Shown piece after piece: positions 20,601-25,588 of a stretch of 40,464 nucleotides of DNA. How positions within the stretch are numbered: position 1 is the first letter of the stretch; each line of letters starts with the position of its first letter. The DNA is taken from positions 1 to 40,464 of the forward strand of contig DASYOJ010000119.1 in assembly GCA_036007925.1 (NCBI GenBank). Reading direction: 5' to 3'. The translations under genes were made by a program, and so were the position numbers. The stretch is from Candidatus Nanopelagicales bacterium (lineage in GTDB: Bacteria > Actinomycetota > Actinomycetes > S36-B12). The notes beneath the pieces were generated by a model. The model was not told where the DNA came from and did no database searches. It saw nothing but the letters and a program-made list of their open reading frames with translations.

Positions 20601-20936
20601 GACTTCGAGCCATGCCTGCGCACCAGTCGAAGCGAGTTGCTCGCGGATCGACATCCAATCGTCAACAGGATCAGCCCACGAATCGCTCACGATCACGCTC
20701 ACGCCCGGAGCAGCCTCTGGCTGAATCTGTGTCCACTGCGATGGCGTCACTCGGAGAACGAAGCGATCGCACTGCTTGCTCATCAATCGGATGTCGATGA
20801 GGCGATCACGGATCGCGGTGTTCGCCAGATCGAGGCCCGGTGTCACCTCTGCCGACGAGCACGAGCGCACCCACTCCTGGATTCGGATGACGTCCCCCGG
20901 CGGCGAATCGGGAACGCGTAGCGCAACGGTGATCAC
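14628..20936 (-). CDS. PUFA-synthase-like type I PKS protein A: degenerate NMO-like domain, PfaD-like ER, KS, AT, ACP, KR
   Basis: 2102 aa. ER motifs LVQGPMTRVSD, LEGYECGGHVG and FLAGGI. KS motifs VDSACASS, YEAHGTGT and IKAQMGHAKAGAG. AT motifs GHSYGEF and GAFHS. ACP motif LGVDSIKRVEIL. KR motifs FGGARGITRA and S...YAAAN. GTGA overlap with the GT stop at 20933-20936. Confidence 0.93.
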   Translation of the reverse strand: MITVALRVPDSPPGDVIRIQEWVRSCSSAEVTPGLDLANTAIRDRLIDIRLMSKQCDRFVLRVTPSQWTQIQPEAAPGVSVIVSDSWADPVDDWMSIREQLASTGAQAWLEVTDAQRIVELFASDDHVVVRGSESGGAIGSTSTAILLQQARKVGAREVLAFGAISPSIAAALRTAGAAGVVLRDELVLTSQARITGLRSTVRDLDGTEAVALGPADRQVRFLLRGNLPVAQEVQASLVADFDRGSEDLPWGWRDVFSDLIPVGQGLAIAWQNVDRPLSTVLSGYRLDPEAALAARAESLLGSGSPLCGELGLGAPLVQGPMTRVSDVPGFASAVAQEGALPLVALALKRGPAANDVLSETSAELADRAWGVGMLGFAPQDIWQPQHEAVLRTRPSVAVVAGARPDQVLDLESHGIITYAHAPTARIVSLLWKAGVRRFVLEGYECGGHVGPLSSAVLWQSALHEIADLLRADESAQASVFLAGGIHDSVSSAAAATLASWELGGLLDRVSVGLLMGTAYLFTEEAVSSGAIPQLFQDVALSCDRTSTVTTAVGHSTRVAMSGFVSEFEARARELTGVDPETRSSHLEALTLGRLRMASRAEIREGEAVVSVDRDRQLREGMYMLGDVATMHAHVTNIAALHEDVLAGGREVIDATWDTKAPHRADAIKSVPVAIVGMSVVAPDSSDLAGFWDTVVQQRVATRPIPPERFDPARVLDPDPAAPDPTVAVHGGFIDPIPFDPMRFGTPPTALAHIEPAQLIALEVTRRALADAGFDASRVDRSRVGVIVGMSSSSGDIGEGYAARAMLSSVSAAVEEQAWSRLPSWTEESFPGFLNNVTTGRIANRFDFKGPNHTVDSACASSLAAVEAAIRELETGRTDVVITGGADTAMAPRVYLSFAASHALSPRDRAHVFDESADGIVIGEAVGILVLKRLEDARRDGDRIYAVIRGSGSSSDGRGLSLTAPQSSGQQLALRRAYDSCDVEPAQVGLYEAHGTGTVVGDRTEITTISEVRGLSSTSCSVGSIKAQMGHAKAGAGVLGLMKAAMALHHGVRPGQPSVQAPIDSLRDEAGSVVLYDKSVPWLDPARFAAVSAFGFGGTNTHVVLESADGAAVGAQRWPAELLVIGASTPSDAAQQAERLAAELEIRGSIPRNVAHGAARAASGPWRFALVMLDPLDAAGQLRECATRWKEDDYSDLVEVTTPPNVAEIFPGQAAQRINSLREASVYLPDLRRTLALVDALIGDELPYNLIETIYPFRARSDHEADAQRSRIADTRMAQSALAALGMGLADLLDSLGVRPTVAFGHSYGEFMALHRAGVLGREDLVDLTRVRGAAMAASDDGRGTMAALEIDADTAAELVSGTEATVACFNAPRQMVVSGARADVEDIARRASDTGASAVVLPVGGAFHSALMTDAIGPLTGAIAGYRLAPPSITVIGNADGASYPASVEEIRQRMSDHLMQPVRFVEQVQRAVEAGVSVFVEMGPGSTASSLITQIDPNARVVPLERPGRPMSGVLDAIGELWTLGAVDSVQALFEGRLPVPGEDALRGTDDTTWFVDGGGVRRGRMDGDYDGREPMLTAQTAGQVLAATNIGSSDAVVEFQRTMQDFLRVHEQVMDQALGQTSGGVRRPRITPPTPRLTPGVAQREVLVEPKRDEPVAAASMPDSSAPADIQEVLVALISDRTGFDPGVIGADMDLESELGVDSIKRVEILSMLRERLGIERREGVDLSRLRTVREIVVALQEDGSEARASSGDEVEVPRRVRTWVDVPVVAGEAFCTSEVHADDHSKAAAVLIESAMDALSRWQTSPSDLSVIEGAVGPVRTVAAAARCVAAERGENATTRLRISEETGLRSIDMRLAEQVVSDVDLSVLRGNVVLAFGGARGITRAAVEALPDCTVIVVGRSAAEWELPEGWQALPADVRDIAQVDSVIDAVLTEHGRIDGVVFGSGIVRDAPLVELDLTDARAVIETKVLGLDNVCRSLARAENIPSWMVVFGSVTGAFGNPAQSAYAAANEAMTVLAASWAERWPVTGVRAIQWGPWFGTGLQGMVSEVVADLLRERGIHVIEPTVGARAFVIEAASAAVDPGFVDIVIGDGPWTR
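14802..15314 (-). other. Protein A ketoreductase catalytic subdomain (approximate)
   Basis: VVLAFGGARGITRA Rossmann motif and the S/Y/N triad in SVTGAFGNPAQSAYAAANEA. Confidence 0.8.
15702..15923 (-). other. Protein A single ACP domain, PUFA type (approximate)
   Basis: DLESELGVDSIKRVEILSML. The Ser codon is at 15819-15821. Confidence 0.85.
16437..17324 (-). other. Protein A acyltransferase domain (approximate)
   Basis: FPGQAAQ, GHSYGEF and GAFHS (malonyl-type HAFH-like). Confidence 0.85.
17619..18926 (-). other. Protein A ketosynthase domain (approximate)
   Basis: Catalytic Cys codon at 18360-18362 (DSACASS), plus HGTGT and GHAKAGAG. Confidence 0.88.
18987..20003 (-). other. Protein A enoyl reductase domain, PfaD/nitronate-monooxygenase type (approximate)
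   Basis: GPM motif, ECGGHVG, AGGI and MGTAYL. Confidence 0.8.
20352..20714 (-). other. Protein A degenerate NMO/TIM-barrel-like repeat (approximate)
   Basis: HVVVRGSESGGAIGSTSTAILLQQ ... VLAFGAISPSIAAALRTAGAAGVVL parallels the true ER segment RFVLEGYECGGHVGPLSSAVLWQS ... VFLAGGIHDS. It has Ala in place of the GGH histidine and FGA in place of AGG. Confidence 0.55.
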
Positions 20937-22213
20937 GCGACCGCCCTGCTTCCCAGCAGATGGTCGATGAGGAAGTCGGCCCCGGTGCGGACTCCGTCGT
21001 CGTGGGCGATGGATTCGGCGAGGTCCTGCGCGCGGGTGCGGTAACGGGGTTCATCCACGGCATTGCCGATCGCCCGAGCCAGCGATTCGACCTTCAGTTC
21101 CTGGATCGGGAGCGATGCCGGAGCTACCCCCAAGGCCAGTGCGCGATATCCCCAGAAGGGTTGATCCAGACAGAACGGAACCACTACCTGCGGAACGCCG
21201 GCGCGGTAGGCGGCAGCGCTGGATCCCACCCCGCCGTGGTGAACGAACGCCCGTACCCGCGGCAGCAGCCAGTCATGCGGGAGTCGGTCCACCACCAAGA
21301 CATCATCACCACGGACCGAATCCGGATCGAAGGCACCCCATCCACTCAACAGCAGGACTCGTTGACCGGCCCGACGGGCCGCCTCGACCACGGTGCGCGC
21401 CAACGCCCGCGGATCGGGAGCGACCACGCTGGAGAATCCGACCGCGATCGGCGCATCTCCTCCTTCGAGGAACTGCCTCACCTCATGCGGCGGTTGCCAG
21501 GATCCATCAGCGGGCAACCGCCAGTAGCCGACCACTCGCGCCTGCTGTGGCCAGTCCGGTGGTTGCGGAATCACCGCCGGGCTGACACCCACCACAGTGG
21601 GCAGTGCGCGCAAGCGTCGAAGGCTCTGCCTGCTGGATTGAATCGGCAGCCCAAGACGTTCGGCCTCCGCGCCCATGATCTGCACCATCGGACCCGAGCC
21701 CAGCCGATTCAGCGCATCAACAGCCCAGTGACCGAAACGCTGCCCCACGGGTCCGAACCGGGACCAACCCGGCTGCCACAGCGGAGGAAGGGTGCGCGTT
21801 GGCAGTGAGGGGAAGATCGAGGCGACCGCGGCTGGGATGTGCCGCTGATGGGCGAAAGGCGCAGCCCACGCCATCGAGTAGTCCAAGATCACCTTGTCCG
21901 AGGAGTCGATGCAATACGTGATCGCGCGCGCGAGTTGCGCGGTGAAATACGGAAGCGCCTTGCCGTAGAAGCCCGCGATGGAGCGAATGCCCCGGCCCGG
22001 CTCACGAAATGCTCGACCCTCGTCGGTTTCGTAGAAGGCTCGAGTGTCGCCCGGCATCGGGTAGAAGCTCATGCCGCGCTCGATGCACGATGCGCGGTAG
22101 TTCATGTGCGTAGCCATGCGAATGTCCACGCCTTGCTCGACCAGCCCGGTGGCCAACGCGATCATCGGCTCGACATCACCGTTGGTGCCGACGGTCAGCA
22201 CGGTGATCCGCAT
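20933..22213 (-). CDS. GT1-family glycosyltransferase (MGT/UDP-glycosyltransferase-like)
   Basis: 426 aa. MRITVLTVGTNGDVEP N-terminus and the donor-binding HHGGVGSSAAAYRAGVPQVVVPFCLDQPFWG. Confidence 0.88.
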   Translation of the reverse strand: MRITVLTVGTNGDVEPMIALATGLVEQGVDIRMATHMNYRASCIERGMSFYPMPGDTRAFYETDEGRAFREPGRGIRSIAGFYGKALPYFTAQLARAITYCIDSSDKVILDYSMAWAAPFAHQRHIPAAVASIFPSLPTRTLPPLWQPGWSRFGPVGQRFGHWAVDALNRLGSGPMVQIMGAEAERLGLPIQSSRQSLRRLRALPTVVGVSPAVIPQPPDWPQQARVVGYWRLPADGSWQPPHEVRQFLEGGDAPIAVGFSSVVAPDPRALARTVVEAARRAGQRVLLLSGWGAFDPDSVRGDDVLVVDRLPHDWLLPRVRAFVHHGGVGSSAAAYRAGVPQVVVPFCLDQPFWGYRALALGVAPASLPIQELKVESLARAIGNAVDEPRYRTRAQDLAESIAHDDGVRTGADFLIDHLLGSRAVA

Positions 22214-22225
22214 GGCCGTTCCCTG

Positions 22226-22504
22226 CTACGGCCGCGATGGCGCGGCGGCCAGCGCATCGACGATTTCGGCGACGCTGAGATCCGATCGCGCCTTGCCGTC
22301 AGCTTCCAACAGCGCCTCTAGTTCCAAGACGACATCCAACCGATCCTCGGTGGTGGCGAGAACGTGCACGATGTCCACGGAAGACAACTGCAGGTCAGCC
22401 ACCAGCAACGTGGTGTCAGTGATGTCGACGTCGTCGTAGCCCAAACCGAGGAGAGTCGCACCGAGCACATCGGTGAGTGTCTCGCGGGCGAGGTCGGCGC
22501 TCAC
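22226..22504 (-). CDS. Free-standing carrier protein (ACP-like, deviant SSV motif)
   Basis: 92 aa, acidic. ADLQLSSVDIVHVLATTEDRL sits at the helix II position where DSL is usual. GTGA overlap with the flippase stop. Confidence 0.65.
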   Translation of the reverse strand: MSADLARETLTDVLGATLLGLGYDDVDITDTTLLVADLQLSSVDIVHVLATTEDRLDVVLELEALLEADGKARSDLSVAEIVDALAAAPSRP

Positions 22505-24150
22505 GATGTCTTCCCGGTATTCCCGGCCTTCCCGGGATCCGTCGCGATCACCGGTCGCTTCAGGAAGTAGGTCCAGAAACCGGAATCAACATGCAACTTG
22601 CGCTTGACCCACCACCACATGGCGCTCTGGGCAACGATCATGCTTATCAGGGTCGAGAACGCCGCACCGATCATGTCGAATGCGGGCACCAGCACGATCA
22701 ACAGTGCAACGTCCAGGAATATCTGCCCGCCGTAGATGACGCTAACGTCTCTCCCGCGCCCGGTCATGATCAGCAGGTAGCCGCTCGGGCCGAAGGCCAG
22801 CGAGACGAACTGGGCCGCCAACAAGATGGCCAGAGGTGCGCGGGCGTCGGCGAAACCCTCGCCGTACAAACGCAAGATCGGTCCGGCGGCGATCAACAGC
22901 ACTACCACCACCACGATCGCGGGTATCAAGATGAGCCGGAAGTAGTTGCGGACTACGTACTGCACCAGGTCCACTCGGCCGACCGCGAAGAACGGCGCGA
23001 AGAACGGAACAGCGCCCGCGTAAGCGGCCGAAGGCAGATTGCCCAGGATCTCCGCGACGGTGATCGCGGCGGAGTAGGCCGCCACCGTGTCGCTTCCCTT
23101 AAAGATGGCGAGTGCATAGAGGTCCGCGCGGTACAGCAAGATCACCAGCGCCGACATCAATAGCACCGGCGGCCCCGACTTGACCCAGGTCTTCCAATCG
23201 GCCATGTCGACGCCGATGCTGGATCGGAAACCCTTCGGTAGTCCGCCTCGCATCCCGAACCACTGCAGGAACAAAGCCAGCAGAGTGGTTCCGACGAGCA
23301 CGAGCATCAGATCGCCGGTGGTCAGCGAGTTCGCGAAGGCGACCACGATCCCCGCGACGGCCATGGACAACAGCGGTGCGACGAGTTGCCCCGGGAACGC
23401 ACTCCACGCCGGGCGCGCCAGGTTCACCAGGAATGAGCCCCACAGTTGACTCATCCCCAAGATGCCGGCGAACACACCGCCGAGGACCACTGCTCGGAAG
23501 TCGTCTCCGGCATCGCGGTCCAAGAACGCAAGGCCCAGGGCCAAGATCGCGATCAGGATGCTGATCGCGATGGTCACGGCACTCGAGGCAATGATCAAGC
23601 CGCGTACTTTGCTGAAATCATTCTGCTGCTGGTAGACGGTTTGGAATCGACCGAGCGATGTGGCCATTCCCAAGTGGGGCACGTAGGCCAACGCCATCGC
23701 GGTGCCCGCGATCAGCGAGAAGTAGCCGAAGGCGGATTGGCCGAGCCAGTTCGCATACAGGATTGAGGCGACCTGGGCGATGACCACTGCGGGCGCGAGC
23801 ACCAGGATCGTCTTGAGGTAGCTCGAGCGCTCCCGATCGTGGATCTCGTCGATGGACCACTGGGATGGGTCCCGGTCAGCGAGGTGTGGCCCGGCGATCG
23901 CGGACTTGATGCGGCCGCTCTCATCGCGCGTGAACTGGATCAGGCCCTGCTGGTGCAATTCCTCGAGGAAATCGTGCGTTGCTCGCTCATCTTCGGCTAC
24001 CGCGTCCGCGACATCGGCGACGGCTACGTGGCTTCCGTGAGACAAGGTCCGCAAGATCGAGCGGTGCTTGTCGGTGTGATGACCCGTCGACCGGCTACGC
24101 GCATGGCCGAAGTGCTCCAGCGCGGGATCGGTGGGCTTGAGGAAGGTCAT
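22501..24150 (-). CDS. MOP-superfamily (Wzx/polysaccharide-biosynthesis-type) flippase with an N-terminal winged-helix-like domain of about 120 aa
   Basis: 549 aa. The N-terminus (HRSILRTLSHGSHVAVADVADAVAEDERATHDFLEELHQQGLIQFTRDESGRI) looks like a wHTH. The remainder is 12 or more hydrophobic helices with a Polysacc_synt-like start (YANWLGQSAFGYFSLI). Confidence 0.75.
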   Translation of the reverse strand: MTFLKPTDPALEHFGHARSRSTGHHTDKHRSILRTLSHGSHVAVADVADAVAEDERATHDFLEELHQQGLIQFTRDESGRIKSAIAGPHLADRDPSQWSIDEIHDRERSSYLKTILVLAPAVVIAQVASILYANWLGQSAFGYFSLIAGTAMALAYVPHLGMATSLGRFQTVYQQQNDFSKVRGLIIASSAVTIAISILIAILALGLAFLDRDAGDDFRAVVLGGVFAGILGMSQLWGSFLVNLARPAWSAFPGQLVAPLLSMAVAGIVVAFANSLTTGDLMLVLVGTTLLALFLQWFGMRGGLPKGFRSSIGVDMADWKTWVKSGPPVLLMSALVILLYRADLYALAIFKGSDTVAAYSAAITVAEILGNLPSAAYAGAVPFFAPFFAVGRVDLVQYVVRNYFRLILIPAIVVVVVLLIAAGPILRLYGEGFADARAPLAILLAAQFVSLAFGPSGYLLIMTGRGRDVSVIYGGQIFLDVALLIVLVPAFDMIGAAFSTLISMIVAQSAMWWWVKRKLHVDSGFWTYFLKRPVIATDPGKAGNTGKTS

Positions 24151-24163
24151 TTTTGTTCACCAC

Positions 24164-24201
24164 AACACCCCCGACGATCATGTGCGATCGCCAGGGGTGT
24201 T
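24164..24201. promoter_or_regulatory. Nested inverted repeat immediately upstream of the flippase start
   Basis: AACACCCC ... GGGGTGTT (8 bp arms) encloses CGATC-gcacat-GATCG. It lies in the 63-bp gap between the small gene (ends 24214) and the flippase ATG (24150). No U-tract follows. Confidence 0.35.
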
Positions 24202-24213
24202 CGCGTGGATCGG

Positions 24214-24504
24214 TTAGCCGACGTGCTTGGCCCAGGCGTCGAGGAACACCGTGGCGTCCTCGATCGGCAGGATCTCGGTCTCCGAGCCGTCGAAAAGCGG
24301 ATTACCACGGACCCAGCCAGCGAGTTCGTAACTCGAGTCGGCGTTGATCACGTAGACGTGACCGCCACTCAGCAGCACGTAGGCCGCCTCGATCTCGCCC
24401 GCAGCCATCGCCTTCTTCAATTCGTCGGAGCGGTAGCCCGCCTCGCCGCCGGAATGGTCGTACTTCACGTCGCCGTGACGACGGTTGATGATCATGAATT
24501 TCAT
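24214..24504 (-). CDS. Small (96 aa) hypothetical protein, possibly a ferredoxin-like fold (muconolactone-isomerase-like)
   Basis: Start taken at MKFMIINRRH, preceded by GGAGG at 7 nt spacing. The size and the pattern ...NPLF....E..P are reminiscent of muconolactone isomerase. That functional call is weak. Confidence 0.55.
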   Translation of the reverse strand: MKFMIINRRHGDVKYDHSGGEAGYRSDELKKAMAAGEIEAAYVLLSGGHVYVINADSSYELAGWVRGNPLFDGSETEILPIEDATVFLDAWAKHVG

Positions 24505-24647
24505 GGGTTTGCCTCCTAGTGGTATCCCAACCCTAGGGCCGGATCCGCGTCGTGAAAAGTGAGTTTCGAACATTTAACAAGCCGGTCATCTCGCGTCTAG
24601 GCGAAACCCCACAAATCCGGGTCTTTCGAAACCCGGAGCCCGCTCGA

Positions 24648-25532
24648 TCAACCGCCGAGCAGGACATTCACCAACGCCGGCGCATCCTCCAATTGGGGCT
24701 GATGGCCTACCCCGGGTAGTTCGACCGTCCGCCCGTCCCATCGGGCGGCGAGCGCGCGCTGCTGCTCGACCGGCCAGCCGTCGTCGTTCGCACCCCACAC
24801 CACCCGAACGGGTGGACAGGGCTCCGGGGGCTCGATTGCGCCGGTTTCCAGCAGGATGCGGGCGCCTTCATCGAGGGCGACGGAGTCGTAATCGCGCCAC
24901 CGAGTTCGCTCGAATTCAGCCACGGCCGGGGCCACTTCGGGTGCGCCGGCCGCACGTTCGAGGCCGAGTTTGCGCTCCCACAGGGCGTCGCGGTCCACCC
25001 GTGGGAGAAAGCGACGGATCAACGGGAACACACCGGCGCGGTGCGCCGGCAGCGCCGCCGGGCCTGAACATAGGAGCGTGATCGAGGACCAATCGCACTC
25101 CCCAGCTGCCTGTTGGGCGATCAGGCCCCCGAGGGAGTGGCCGACGAGATGGCCCGGCCCCAACGACCATCGAGATCGCACCTGCTCGGCCACCGCACAA
25201 CAATCTGCAGCCATCGCCTCCAGGGAACAGTCCTGCGGAATCTTCGCCGAACTCGATTCGCGCTGCCCGCGAAGGTCGAACGCCACGGCGCCTCGCCCCT
25301 GCTCGGCAAGCAGCGACATCACCCCATAGAAGTCCTCTTTGCTCGACAGGTACCCCGGCACGAAGCAGAACCATTCGGCCGCTGCGTCCATACCGACGGC
25401 AGTAGCGGCTAACGGGCCGCGGGCGGTAGGGACGGACATCCGCACCGCACCGGCCGGCAGTCGCAGTCGGGCTTCGTGCGGGTCGGCGGCTTTGTGCACA
25501 TTCCCTCCAGGTGACGGAGGCTGCATGCCCAC
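24648..25532 (-). CDS. Alpha/beta-fold hydrolase
   Basis: 294 aa with nucleophile elbow VGHSLGG and FVPGY (HG-like oxyanion region). The exact start is uncertain. Confidence 0.8.
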   Translation of the reverse strand: MGMQPPSPGGNVHKAADPHEARLRLPAGAVRMSVPTARGPLAATAVGMDAAAEWFCFVPGYLSSKEDFYGVMSLLAEQGRGAVAFDLRGQRESSSAKIPQDCSLEAMAADCCAVAEQVRSRWSLGPGHLVGHSLGGLIAQQAAGECDWSSITLLCSGPAALPAHRAGVFPLIRRFLPRVDRDALWERKLGLERAAGAPEVAPAVAEFERTRWRDYDSVALDEGARILLETGAIEPPEPCPPVRVVWGANDDGWPVEQQRALAARWDGRTVELPGVGHQPQLEDAPALVNVLLGG

Positions 25533-25588
25533 CTCCTCGGGAGTCCGCTAGCCCATGTGATCCGCGGCAAATCTAGTAGCGTGCTCAG

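Noticed and set aside
10201-20936. Calling the cluster an enediyne (PKSE) locus because of the C-terminal PPTase.
   Set aside because: The domain set is split across two proteins with two KS-AT pairs and a fused PfaD-type ER. I see no enediyne cassette genes (E3/E4/E5, E10 hotdog thioesterase) in the window.
14628-20936. Calling it a canonical PUFA (Pfa) synthase.
   Set aside because: There is a single ACP, no CLF and no tandem FabA-type DH domains. No AGPAT or PfaE-type separate PPTase is present. The tailoring enzymes (GT, TauD, MTs, IPMS-like) are foreign to Pfa loci.
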